This document shows, one piece after another, positions 18,759 through 28,216 of a stretch of DNA of 64,000 nt. How positions within the stretch are numbered: the stretch's first letter is position 1; each line of letters begins with the position of its first letter. Location: positions 49,004 to 113,003 of the forward strand of contig JAGWWK010000001.1 of the NCBI GenBank assembly GCA_018970425.1, written 5' to 3'. The notes beneath the pieces are model-generated. The model saw only the letters and a list, made by a program, of their open reading frames with translations. It made no database searches and was not told where the DNA came from. The stretch is from Patescibacteria group bacterium. Its GTDB lineage: Bacteria; Patescibacteriota; Minisyncoccia; Phycocordibacterales; Phycocordibacteraceae. Both the position numbers and the translations under genes were made by a program.

Positions 18759-20591
18759 ATGGGAAAAATTCTTGGCATTGACCTTGGTACGACTAACTCC
18801 GCGATGGCTATTGTTGAGGCCGGTGAGCCGCGCATTGTTGAAAATGCGGAAGGTAACCGCACGACACCGTCGGTTATCGCGCTATCAAAAACCGGCGAGC
18901 GACTAGCAGGACTTATTGCGCGCAGACAAGCCGTAACAAATCCGAAAAACACCATTTACCAAATCAAGCGATTCATTGGACACACATTTGACGAGCCCGG
19001 TGTCGAGAAGGATCGAAAATCGGTACCGTTCGAACTGCGGAAAAGTGCTACAGGCGGTATTGAGGTTCTTATGGGTGAAAAGTGGTACACGCCTGAGGAG
19101 GCATCCGCGATGATCTTGTCAAAACTCAAGCGCGACGCTGAAGCGAAGCTTGGTGAGCCAATTACCGAGGCGGTTATCACGGTACCTGCGTACTTTAATG
19201 ACGCGCAGCGGCAGGCGACCAAAGACGCAGGCCGGATTGCTGGTCTCGACGTAAAGCGCATAATTCCAGAACCAACTGCGGCTGCTCTCGCATACGGATT
19301 CGACAAAAAGAAAGATGAAAAAATTGCCGTGTTCGACTTCGGAGGCGGAACCTTTGATATATCTATTTTGGAAGTGGGAGCGGATGTCATTGAAGTTAAA
19401 GCTGTTGATGGCGATGCGCACCTGGGCGGCAAGGATCTCGATCAAAAGATAATGGAGTGGCTCGCGTCGGAATTTAAAAAGGAGTCCGGTATAGACATTT
19501 TGACGGATCCACTCGCTCGGCAGCGTCTTGACGAAGCGGCAGAAAAAGCAAAGATTGAACTTTCAACTGCTGTTGACACAGAAGTCAACATTCCGTTCAT
19601 AACCTCAGATGCATCCGGTCCAAAACATCTCCTCATTAAGCTCTCGCGAGCGAAACTTGAGGAACTTGCTCGCGAGTACATTGACCGCGCGATGCTGATC
19701 ACTAAACGCGCGATGGAGGCGTCGCCGTTTAAAGTAGGAGACATTGACGAGGTTGTGCTCGTCGGAGGCCAGACGCGTATGCCGGCCTTGCAGCAGGCAG
19801 TGGAGCAATTTTTCGGAAAGAAGCCGCACATGGGTGTAAACCCAGATGAGGTAGTCGCAATCGGAGCCGCGATCCAGGGCGGGATCCTGCAGGGCGATGT
19901 TAAAGATGTACTTCTTCTTGATGTCATTCCGCTCTCCCTGGGAATTGAGACGATGGGCGGTGTGGCCACGAAGCTGATTGAACGCAACACCACCATACCG
20001 ACCTCACGCTCGCAGGCCTTTTCAACTGCGGCAGATAACCAGACTTCTGTTGAGATACATGTCATTCAGGGTGAGCGCGCGATGGCGAACGACAACAAGT
20101 CGCTCGGCCGCTTCCACCTTGATGGCATAGCACCCGCGCCGCGCGGCCTTCCGCAAATAGAGGTATCCTTTGACGTCGACGCCAACGGAATACTGAGCGT
20201 CAAGGCGAAAGACAAGGCAACCAATAAAGAACAATCGATACGCATTGAGGCACGGTCAGGACTCTCTGATGCGGATATTGAAAAGATGCGCGCTGATGCA
20301 GAAGCGCATGCTGACGCGGACCGAGCGGCTCGAGACTTAGCCGAAGCGCGAAACGCGGCAGATGCACTCCTCTACGCGGCGCAGAAGTCTCTTACTGATT
20401 CTGCAGACGCGGTACCGGCCGACATTCGGCAATCAGTCGAGAGCGCGATGAGCACGCTGCGCACCGCGCATGGCGGCACGGATAGCGAAGCAATACGCTC
20501 GGCGACCAACGCCCTGAACGCGGAGATGCAAAAGATCCCTAGGCGAGAAACCCCACCGGGAAGTGACGCAGCAAGTACGCCAGAGAAGTAA
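18759..20591 (+). CDS. dnaK: Chaperone DnaK (Hsp70)
   Basis: GIDLGTTNS and DLGGGTFD motifs. Confidence 0.97.
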   Translation: MGKILGIDLGTTNSAMAIVEAGEPRIVENAEGNRTTPSVIALSKTGERLAGLIARRQAVTNPKNTIYQIKRFIGHTFDEPGVEKDRKSVPFELRKSATGGIEVLMGEKWYTPEEASAMILSKLKRDAEAKLGEPITEAVITVPAYFNDAQRQATKDAGRIAGLDVKRIIPEPTAAALAYGFDKKKDEKIAVFDFGGGTFDISILEVGADVIEVKAVDGDAHLGGKDLDQKIMEWLASEFKKESGIDILTDPLARQRLDEAAEKAKIELSTAVDTEVNIPFITSDASGPKHLLIKLSRAKLEELAREYIDRAMLITKRAMEASPFKVGDIDEVVLVGGQTRMPALQQAVEQFFGKKPHMGVNPDEVVAIGAAIQGGILQGDVKDVLLLDVIPLSLGIETMGGVATKLIERNTTIPTSRSQAFSTAADNQTSVEIHVIQGERAMANDNKSLGRFHLDGIAPAPRGLPQIEVSFDVDANGILSVKAKDKATNKEQSIRIEARSGLSDADIEKMRADAEAHADADRAARDLAEARNAADALLYAAQKSLTDSADAVPADIRQSVESAMSTLRTAHGGTDSEAIRSATNALNAEMQKIPRRETPPGSDAASTPEK

Positions 20592-21649
20592 TGGCACTCG
20601 ACTATTACCAAGTACTCGGCGTTGAGCGCTCCGCGTCGAAGGACGACATAAAGAAGGCGTTTAGAACGCTGGCGCATAAGTACCACCCAGATAAACCAGG
20701 CGGAGACGAGAAAAAATTCAAGGAGGTTAGTGAGGCATACGCGGTGCTGTCCGACGACAAGAAGCGTGCCGCGTATGACGCGTACGGTAGTGCGCACGGG
20801 GGTGGCGGATTTGATGGGTTCGACTTCTCTCAATTTTCCGGATTCCAGGGCGCACACGGGTTCAACGTCAACATCGACGATCTGTTTGGTGGATTTTCTG
20901 ATATGTTTGGCGGAAAGGGGAGGGAACGACGTGGTCGAGACATCTCGATCGACCTTCAGCTTTCATTTCGCGAGTCCGTGTTTGGTGCAGAGCGCACCGT
21001 CACTCTGACGCGAGATACGGCATGCGCGCGCTGCTCAGGCAATGGAGCAGAGCCGGGGTCAAAGCTCGTCACCTGCGCGACGTGCTCGGGGAAAGGTACA
21101 GTCATTGAGAGCCAGCGCTCGCCGTTCGGCGTATTCTCCCTGTCTCGTGCGTGCGGGAGTTGCTCAGGTCGCGGCACTATTCCTGAGAAGCCGTGTACTG
21201 CCTGTGCCGGCAGAGGGGTAACTCGAGGAAAGGGGGATGTGCATGTCAGGATTCCTGCCGGCATTGAAGACGGTCAGACCATTCGGATGAGTAAGTACGG
21301 AGAAGCGCTCCTCGGTGGTGCACCGGGCGACCTGTATGTAACAGTACATGTAGTCGCGGATCCTGCGTTTCGCCGCGAGGGATACCATCTCATAACAGAG
21401 CTCCCCATTAAAATTACTGACGCGCTTCTTGGGGGGACGCACACGGTTGCAACGCTAGACGGTCCCACAACTATTGACATCGAGCCGATGAAATCGACAG
21501 ATGAACTCGTGCGTATCAAAGGAAAAGGGGTCCCGCATGGTGCCGGACGTCGTGGCGACTTAGTCGTGCGTGTTCGAGTAGTACTACCCGAGAAGCGTTC
21601 CAAGGGCGCTATGGAACTGTTGAAAAAATTGCGTGATGAGGGAATGTAG
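20591..21649 (+). CDS. dnaJ: Chaperone DnaJ
   Basis: J domain with HPD, Gly-rich linker, and a CxxCxGxG zinc-finger repeat. Confidence 0.95.
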   Translation: MALDYYQVLGVERSASKDDIKKAFRTLAHKYHPDKPGGDEKKFKEVSEAYAVLSDDKKRAAYDAYGSAHGGGGFDGFDFSQFSGFQGAHGFNVNIDDLFGGFSDMFGGKGRERRGRDISIDLQLSFRESVFGAERTVTLTRDTACARCSGNGAEPGSKLVTCATCSGKGTVIESQRSPFGVFSLSRACGSCSGRGTIPEKPCTACAGRGVTRGKGDVHVRIPAGIEDGQTIRMSKYGEALLGGAPGDLYVTVHVVADPAFRREGYHLITELPIKITDALLGGTHTVATLDGPTTIDIEPMKSTDELVRIKGKGVPHGAGRRGDLVVRVRVVLPEKRSKGAMELLKKLRDEGM

Positions 21650-21670
21650 GGTATACTCCGCATAGTCCAC

Positions 21671-22168
21671 ATGGACACTGCAGTTTCACCAAACGTCAGT
21701 GCCGCTCTCAACCTAACAGCCGACTTTTTCCTTGCCTTCGGCTCCGATTTGTTTGTTTTCGGGACGCTGTGCGTCCTCGTGCTTCTATATGCGATGACCT
21801 ACGGGCGTGACCGCTTGGTTCCACTTGCGGCAGCACTCTACACGGGTCTCGTCGTCATGGCGTACTTCCCGTACGAGAGTATGTTCGGAGGGTCAGCCTA
21901 CATGGAGGCCGGCGCGTATATGGGTATTGTCTGTATTGGTACGGCGGCGTACTCGGGACTCTCAAGCTGGCTACCAAGCTCAGCGGGCAGCTTTGTGAAG
22001 ACCGCGCTTTTTTCTGGAGTGCTAGCGCTCTTTTTTGTAGCAATTGCAATCCACCTCTTTCCTGGCTTGTACTCATGGAGTCCAGCAACGCTCGCGCTTT
22101 TCAGTGAAGAACTGCTGTTTTGGTGGCTCCTCGCACCGCTTGCCGGCGCCCTTGCTTTCAGTAGATAA
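21671..22168 (+). CDS. Hypothetical polytopic membrane protein
   Basis: 165-aa ORF with 4-5 hydrophobic segments. Confidence 0.5.
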   Translation: MDTAVSPNVSAALNLTADFFLAFGSDLFVFGTLCVLVLLYAMTYGRDRLVPLAAALYTGLVVMAYFPYESMFGGSAYMEAGAYMGIVCIGTAAYSGLSSWLPSSAGSFVKTALFSGVLALFFVAIAIHLFPGLYSWSPATLALFSEELLFWWLLAPLAGALAFSR

Positions 22169-22229
22169 AGTCTATGCATAGCAGTTCACAACATCTTCCG
22201 GCCTGTCGTAGAACAGTCCTTGCGTTCTC

Positions 22230-22949
22230 ATGCGGATAAAGTACTACTCGATCCTCCCGTTCGTCTTTCAGTTTCTTTTTTGGCGCATGAGTATGCGCAT
22301 TTTTTTTAATTTTTTTGTGAGGCTAAGAGTCACAGGCATAGAACATCTTGCCGATGTCTCAGGTCCGGTGGTGTTTGCTCCTAATCACATGTCAGAAGTG
22401 GATGCACTTCTTCTCCCACTAGCGCTTCCCAAAATTTCTAAATTTTCACCAGTTTATTTTGTTGTGAAAGAACGGCGGTTTTACAACACTTCTACTTTTG
22501 GCTGGAGGCGTCACTTATATCAATCATGGATCTTTAGGATGCTCGGTGCATTTGCAGTACGGTCGGGATTACAGGACTATGAAACTGCTCTTAGTTCGCA
22601 TGTTGACCTTCTCAGACGCGGAGGCGCGGTTTGTATCTTTCCTGAGGGTCGAATGTCTAAGACTGGCACCCCGGGTCGAGCTCATGGCGGCATGGCGTAC
22701 CTAGCAGTGCGCTCGCCGGCTGCCGTTGTTCCTGTGCGGATTCATGGCACAGCGCATCTATCGCTCGTCCGCTTTTTTTTGCGTGCGCACTCTGTCTCAG
22801 TTGAATTTCTTCCGCCTCGCTCATTGGTCGTCCCAGCAGGCACCCCTGAAGACTACCGGCGCGCAGCACAAGGTGTACTTGACGAGGTATACCGGCCCGC
22901 GACCACTGAACTGACTGCATTTGCACACGTTCCTGCGCCTGCAGTATGA
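22230..22949 (+). CDS. plsC: Lysophospholipid (1-acyl-glycerol-3-phosphate) acyltransferase, PlsC family
   Basis: HxxxxD motif NHMSEVD, FPEGRMS motif. Confidence 0.8.
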   Translation: MRIKYYSILPFVFQFLFWRMSMRIFFNFFVRLRVTGIEHLADVSGPVVFAPNHMSEVDALLLPLALPKISKFSPVYFVVKERRFYNTSTFGWRRHLYQSWIFRMLGAFAVRSGLQDYETALSSHVDLLRRGGAVCIFPEGRMSKTGTPGRAHGGMAYLAVRSPAAVVPVRIHGTAHLSLVRFFLRAHSVSVEFLPPRSLVVPAGTPEDYRRAAQGVLDEVYRPATTELTAFAHVPAPAV

Positions 22950-24076
22950 AGACAGTCGGTCTTTTAATGGCCCTGTTTGGCGATCTTTTGATTCGGTTCT
23001 CCCCGCGGGCAGAACCTCTCACAGGATTTGCTTTTATCGTGCATCCGCGCTCACAATCTGACATACTTAAAAAGTATCCTTTCCTTAGGTATTTTCCGAA
23101 TTGGATTATTGACTCAATCATGCGCAGGCTCTGGCCTGTTACAGTGAGTCGCATAAGCGGACTGAAATCAATAGCTGGAGAAGAGGTATGTGGATTTGTG
23201 ATATCTATACCGCTTACTGCTCGCCAGATGCTGGAACACCGCTCTGCCGCGGTAGCAGCAGTACGCGCGGCTATAGATCTCGGCAAGGCTCGAGGGGTCA
23301 AAATGTTCGGGCTTGGCGGACTCACATCATCGGTTACCAAAGGAGGTATGGACCTACTAGATATACCAGAAATTGTTCTTACGACGGGTCACGCGTATAC
23401 CGGGGTGAATGTCACTCGTAACGTTTTTGAGATAATCAAAAGGCGACAGCAGGCAGTCGATCAGCAGACAATCGCGATTGTAGGGGCTGCAGGGTCTATA
23501 GGCTCAATATCTGCTCAAATCTTAGCTCGTGCAGGGGTACAACGGCTAATTCTTATAGATCTTGAGCGAAAAAAAGAGTTAGTAGAAGCATTAATTCCTG
23601 AACTTATGCGTCTGCAGCCGCTTCTCTGCATTGAGACAACTCACCATCTTTCAGACTTGAAAAAAGCGCACTATATCATAGCAGCTACAAATGCCCCAGA
23701 AGCTCTGATTCATGCAGATGATCTCTCGCCAGGAGCTGTTGTTGTAGATGATGCTCAGCCGTCAGATGTTGCAGACGATGTGCTAGAGCGAAGTGACGTG
23801 CTCGCTATTGAGGCGGGTGTCGTACATACGCCCGGAATTAGTGTAAATTTCGACATGGGGCTCAAGAATCGATATGACAATTTCTGTTGCTTGGCTGAAC
23901 TTTTGATTCTCGCATCCCGATCGTATTCAACGCACTACGTCATCAACCGACCATCACTCGCGCATGTCGATGAAATAGCTGCATGGGGTGATGCATTGGG
24001 TTTTAAGATTGCAAAGTTTCAAAATCGAAAAGCGATGCTGGAACGAGAGCACCTCCAGCGTTGTGGAGTACAATAA
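22946..24076 (+). CDS. Acyl-ACP reductase (AAR)-family NAD(P)-dependent oxidoreductase
   Basis: Blocks FAFIVHP, GLGGLTSS, TTGHAYTGVNVTRNV and IAIVGAAGSIGS align with cyanobacterial acyl-ACP reductase from memory. ATGA overlap with plsC. Confidence 0.65.
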   Translation: MKTVGLLMALFGDLLIRFSPRAEPLTGFAFIVHPRSQSDILKKYPFLRYFPNWIIDSIMRRLWPVTVSRISGLKSIAGEEVCGFVISIPLTARQMLEHRSAAVAAVRAAIDLGKARGVKMFGLGGLTSSVTKGGMDLLDIPEIVLTTGHAYTGVNVTRNVFEIIKRRQQAVDQQTIAIVGAAGSIGSISAQILARAGVQRLILIDLERKKELVEALIPELMRLQPLLCIETTHHLSDLKKAHYIIAATNAPEALIHADDLSPGAVVVDDAQPSDVADDVLERSDVLAIEAGVVHTPGISVNFDMGLKNRYDNFCCLAELLILASRSYSTHYVINRPSLAHVDEIAAWGDALGFKIAKFQNRKAMLEREHLQRCGVQ

Positions 24077-24093
24077 GGATATTCAAAACGACT

Positions 24094-25713
24094 ATGGAGA
24101 TAGATAGCATTAGCGTGCTTGTAGTTGCTGTAGCGGTTCTGAACATTTTGTATGGACTTGTCGTGTATGCACGCAATAGTCTTGATGGTACGAGTCGATC
24201 CTTTTTTATACTAACCATCTGCGTATCACTGTGGGGCGTCAGTATGGTCTCGCTCCGGGCATTTACTGACCCGATCATCGCTACTTGGAGCGCCAGGGCG
24301 CTGTATGCCAGTGCCGCAATGATACCGCTCGCGTCGCTTTACTTCGCGTACATGTTTCCTTCAGAGAGGCGACATATCCGACTTCTCTTGGGGGGATGTA
24401 TTGCGTTGCCTTTTCTGGCAGCATTTTTTATTTCTCTATGGGCCGATGGTTTGATTCAAGGGGTTACTATTGTGCACGGCGTTGAGCCCGTTATTCACTT
24501 CAACTTTGTATTGCATGCGGGGTACGTAGGCTACATTGTTTCTTACTTCCTAGCAGTATTTGTCGTACTGTTCTACAAATACGGAACGTCACGGGGGGTG
24601 CTGCGGGCTCAGATCGCCTATATTCTCGTCGGAACTCTCATAACAACAGGTACTGCTGTCGGTACAAATCTACTCTTGCCTTTTGCCGGAAACTATACAC
24701 TGAATTGGGTAGGTCAAGTTGGAACACTCGCGATGATCACGTCCATAATGTATGCGATCCTCAAGCATCACTTATTTAGTGTAAAAATCATCGGAACGGA
24801 AATTATCGTTTGCGCTCTTTGTCTCGTTCTATTCTCACAAATATTTGCGACCCCTAGCTTTGAAGACCGAGTTCTAGCGTCCCTTATTTTCGTCGCAGCA
24901 ATGATAATTGGGTACCTGCTCGTGAAAAGTGTAAGTCGGGAAGTAGGTCAACGTGAAGAAATAGAGCGACTGTACGAGAAGCTTGAGCGCACCAATGAGA
25001 GACTCACTGAGTTGGATCGGCTGAAATCGCAATTTCTGTCGATAGCGAGCCATGAGCTCCGTGCCCCTCTTACCATCGTGCGAAACTTTATGTCTATTAT
25101 GCTCGAGGGATCGTACGGCAAGATACCACCAGCCGCGGAGGAAGCTGGACGGCAGGTATTTGAGCGCGTGACCGATATGACGCGCGCGGTCGATACGTAC
25201 TTAAACGTATCTCGCATAGAGCAGGGGAAAATTACTTACGCCTTCGCTCCTGCCGATTTATCTGACCTCGTTACTCGAGCGGTAGCTGACATGCGGCCGC
25301 ACGCGGAGCGAAAAGGCCTCGAGCTCGAGTACCAGACCGCGCTACATGCAGACGCGATTCGCGCACGCGTCGATGCGCCTAAAATTACTGAAATTGTCAC
25401 GAATCTGATCGACAACGCTATTCGCTACACCCCGCGAGGATCAATCACGGTTTCGCTAGCAGTCCATGGCGGATCTGCGGTGCTTTCAGTGCAGGACACT
25501 GGCGTGGGTATGACACCACACACGCAGAAGCATCTATTCAAACTCTTTACGCCAGGGGAAAACGCTAAAACTATCAACCCGGCATCAACCGGCGTCGGAC
25601 TCTTTGTGTCGCGCGCGCATGCAGAGGCGCATCGCGGGACGCTTGTTGGTCGCTCGCGAGGGGTAGGGGAGGGATCCACATTTGTCCTCACGATACCGCT
25701 TGCCGGTAGGTAG
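24094..25713 (+). CDS. Sensor histidine kinase with a multi-TM N-terminal sensor domain
   Basis: H-box SHELRAPLT, N/G boxes (DNAIRYT, DTGVGM), 6-7 N-terminal TM helices. No response regulator nearby. Confidence 0.85.
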   Translation: MEIDSISVLVVAVAVLNILYGLVVYARNSLDGTSRSFFILTICVSLWGVSMVSLRAFTDPIIATWSARALYASAAMIPLASLYFAYMFPSERRHIRLLLGGCIALPFLAAFFISLWADGLIQGVTIVHGVEPVIHFNFVLHAGYVGYIVSYFLAVFVVLFYKYGTSRGVLRAQIAYILVGTLITTGTAVGTNLLLPFAGNYTLNWVGQVGTLAMITSIMYAILKHHLFSVKIIGTEIIVCALCLVLFSQIFATPSFEDRVLASLIFVAAMIIGYLLVKSVSREVGQREEIERLYEKLERTNERLTELDRLKSQFLSIASHELRAPLTIVRNFMSIMLEGSYGKIPPAAEEAGRQVFERVTDMTRAVDTYLNVSRIEQGKITYAFAPADLSDLVTRAVADMRPHAERKGLELEYQTALHADAIRARVDAPKITEIVTNLIDNAIRYTPRGSITVSLAVHGGSAVLSVQDTGVGMTPHTQKHLFKLFTPGENAKTINPASTGVGLFVSRAHAEAHRGTLVGRSRGVGEGSTFVLTIPLAGR

Positions 25714-25731
25714 TTGTGGTATAGTTCCCGC

Positions 25732-25812
25732 ATGATCACGCTCACAGCACTCGGAGGCCTTGCTCTCGGAACTGCGATTGGCGTATTTGTTACTGACGTT
25801 TGGATTCTTTAG
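25732..25812 (+). CDS. Hydrophobic micropeptide (26 aa)
   Basis: MITLTALGGLALGTAIGVFVTDVWIL. Confidence 0.25.
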   Translation: MITLTALGGLALGTAIGVFVTDVWIL

Positions 25813-25816
25813 AGAT

Positions 25817-25891
25817 ATGATTGGCTGGATCCTTTTGTGGATTCTAATCGGCGTGGGCATCGGCTACGCGGTGCGTAAATGGTTCTACTAG
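25817..25891 (+). CDS. Hydrophobic micropeptide (24 aa), YeaQ/YmgE-like
   Basis: MIGWILLWILIGVGIGYAVRKWFY. Confidence 0.3.
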   Translation: MIGWILLWILIGVGIGYAVRKWFY

Positions 25892-25913
25892 CCCCCTGTG
25901 CTACCATAGCGCT

Positions 25914-26855
25914 ATGTCAAAAAAGCGTCGCCTCACTGGACTTCAACCCTCCGGGAATCTCCACATTGGTAACTACTTTGGAGCACTGAAGCCATTTGTC
26001 GATGAGTACCGAAACTACGACAGTATTTTGATGGTCGTGGACTATCACGCGCTTACGTCACTTAAAGACGGCCCACAGCTCAGGGCACACATCCTCTCGG
26101 CAGTCCGCGACTATCTAGCAGTAGGCATAGATCCTAGCTCGCTCGTCCTCTTTAAGCAGTCAGATGTGCTTGAGCACACAGAGCTTGCGTGGATCCTTGA
26201 CTGCCTTGTCACGGTCCCGTTTCTTATGCAAGGGCACGCGTACAAAGATAAACTCGCGAAAGGACTTGAGGCAAATGCAGGACTTTTTACATATCCAATG
26301 CTCATGGCCGCCGACATTCTCCTGTATGACACAGAACTGGTACCCGTAGGCGAAGATCAGCGTCAACACGTCGAGTATGCGCGAGAAGCAGCAGCAAAGT
26401 TTAATTTGGCTTTCGGGCAGACGTTTCTTGAACCAAAGGAGCAAATTTCTGCGAATGTAGGAGTCGTCCCGGGTACAGACGGTCTAAAGATGAGTAAAAG
26501 CTACGGTAATACTATCCCACTTTTCGGCAACAGGGATGAGACCGCGCAGGCAGTAATGAGCATCGTGACAGATTCAGCTGGAGACGTCCCCGCTAACGTA
26601 TACGCCATACACAAACTCTACAAGACTGAAGCAGAGCTTGCGCCGCTCTATGAATCCAACAAGGGTAAGTACAAGGCACTAAAGGAGGCGCTGATAGAAG
26701 ATATAGAAGCGCATGTAGCACCTATGCGCGAGAAGCGTGCGTCGATCTCAGACGACGATGTGAAGCGCGTACTAGTCGAGGGTGCAGAAAAAGCGCGAGC
26801 GATTGCGAGCGCTAAGATGGCTGACGTTCGCCAAAAAATCGGCGTTGCGCTATAG
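25914..26855 (+). CDS. trpS: Tryptophanyl-tRNA synthetase
   Basis: GLQPSGNLHIGNYFG and KMSKS motifs. Confidence 0.95.
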   Translation: MSKKRRLTGLQPSGNLHIGNYFGALKPFVDEYRNYDSILMVVDYHALTSLKDGPQLRAHILSAVRDYLAVGIDPSSLVLFKQSDVLEHTELAWILDCLVTVPFLMQGHAYKDKLAKGLEANAGLFTYPMLMAADILLYDTELVPVGEDQRQHVEYAREAAAKFNLAFGQTFLEPKEQISANVGVVPGTDGLKMSKSYGNTIPLFGNRDETAQAVMSIVTDSAGDVPANVYAIHKLYKTEAELAPLYESNKGKYKALKEALIEDIEAHVAPMREKRASISDDDVKRVLVEGAEKARAIASAKMADVRQKIGVAL

Positions 26856-26862
26856 TAAAAAG

Positions 26863-28185
26863 ATGGCACGAACACTCATACGGGATCTCAAAAGCGCGGT
26901 AGGCAAAGAGGTAACGATCAAAGGCTGGGTCGATGTTCGGCGCGATCAGGGCAAACTAATCTTTTTCGACATTCGCGATCGCTCGGGGAAGGTACAAGCC
27001 GTTGTGCTCCCCAAGAGTCCTGCTCTGGACGTTGCAAAAGACGCAGGACTCGAGTATGCAGTTGAAGTCAAAGGCAAGGTAAATGCACGACCAGAAAAAA
27101 ACGTAAATGCAAAAGTTCTTAATGGAGATATTGAGCTTGAAGTCGCCGAAGTGACTGTGCTTGGAAAAGCCGAGCCGCTTCCGTTCGACATGTCAGCAGA
27201 TGGATTTAATCTTGACCTCACGACCGAGCTCGATCATCGTGCGCTCACTCTTCGTCATCCGCGTCTTCAGGCCATATTTAAAGTCAGCGCGGTCATTATT
27301 GACAGCTTCCGCGAGTTTATGAAGTCGCAGGACTTTTTTGAGTTCCAGGCTCCATCGATAGCCCCCGCGACCGCTGAAGGTGGAGCGGAAGTCTTCCAAG
27401 TTCAATATTTTGATAAAAAAGCGTATCTATCGCAGTCGCCGCAGCTCTACAAGCAAATTGTAATGACGGCGTTTGAGCGCGCATTCTCTGTAAACAAGGT
27501 CTTTCGTGCAGAGCCATCAGCTACGACTCGTCACCTCACTGAAATAGTCATGCTCGATGCTGAGATGGGCTTTATTGACTCGTGGACCGATGTTCGCGAC
27601 ATGGCTGAAGCTACAGTGCGCTACATCCTTACTCAAGTTGGCACAAAATGCAGTGCTGAACTCGAGTTTCTCGGGGCTACGCTACCGACAATGATCGATA
27701 AAACACCGACGTACTCGCTTAAGGAAGCGTTCGAAAAATTGGGCATACCTGAAGATAAGGATCTTAACCCTGAGCAAGAGCGTGCCTTGTGCGAAGTGGT
27801 AAAGAAGGAGACTGGCTCTGACTTCGTATTCGTTTGGGGCTATCCAACGAAAAAGAAGCCATTCTACGTGTATCCACACCCAGAAAATCCAGAAGTGAAC
27901 GAAGGTGTTGACCTGTTGTGTCGCGGCGTCGAGTGGCTCTCAGGTGGCCGACGTATAAATGACTACGAGCAGCTTATGAAGCATGTGAACGAGTGGCAGA
28001 TGGATCCAAAGAAGATAGAAATGTTCCTCGAGGCGTTCCGCTACGGTGTGCCACCTGAAGGCGGGTTTGCGTTCGGTGCAGAGCGCATGACCATGCAGAT
28101 ACTCGGACTTAAGAACATTCGCGAGGCAGCTATGTTCCCCCGCGACATGCACCGAATAGACCACCCGTTAAGTGCTCTGGACTAG
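26863..28185 (+). CDS. aspS: Aspartyl-tRNA synthetase, archaeal/eukaryotic type (class IIb); AsnRS not excluded
   Basis: N-terminal OB fold (VTIKGWVDVRRDQGKLIFFDIRDRSG) and a roughly 440-aa class II core. Confidence 0.8.
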   Translation: MARTLIRDLKSAVGKEVTIKGWVDVRRDQGKLIFFDIRDRSGKVQAVVLPKSPALDVAKDAGLEYAVEVKGKVNARPEKNVNAKVLNGDIELEVAEVTVLGKAEPLPFDMSADGFNLDLTTELDHRALTLRHPRLQAIFKVSAVIIDSFREFMKSQDFFEFQAPSIAPATAEGGAEVFQVQYFDKKAYLSQSPQLYKQIVMTAFERAFSVNKVFRAEPSATTRHLTEIVMLDAEMGFIDSWTDVRDMAEATVRYILTQVGTKCSAELEFLGATLPTMIDKTPTYSLKEAFEKLGIPEDKDLNPEQERALCEVVKKETGSDFVFVWGYPTKKKPFYVYPHPENPEVNEGVDLLCRGVEWLSGGRRINDYEQLMKHVNEWQMDPKKIEMFLEAFRYGVPPEGGFAFGAERMTMQILGLKNIREAAMFPRDMHRIDHPLSALD

Positions 28186-28216
28186 CACGCTACTTCTGCG
28201 CTCTTGCGTTCTGCGC

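Noticed and set aside
19442-20065. 207-aa minus-strand ORF inside dnaK, plus similar ORFs inside pepN (30556..31068) and mraY (33378..33953)
   Set aside because: All antisense to well-supported conserved genes and compositionally biased. Treated as spurious.
26782-26862. Upstream extension of aspS overlapping the trpS 3' end
   Set aside because: Basic junk-like residues. ATG at 26863 starts the conserved OB-fold N-terminus.
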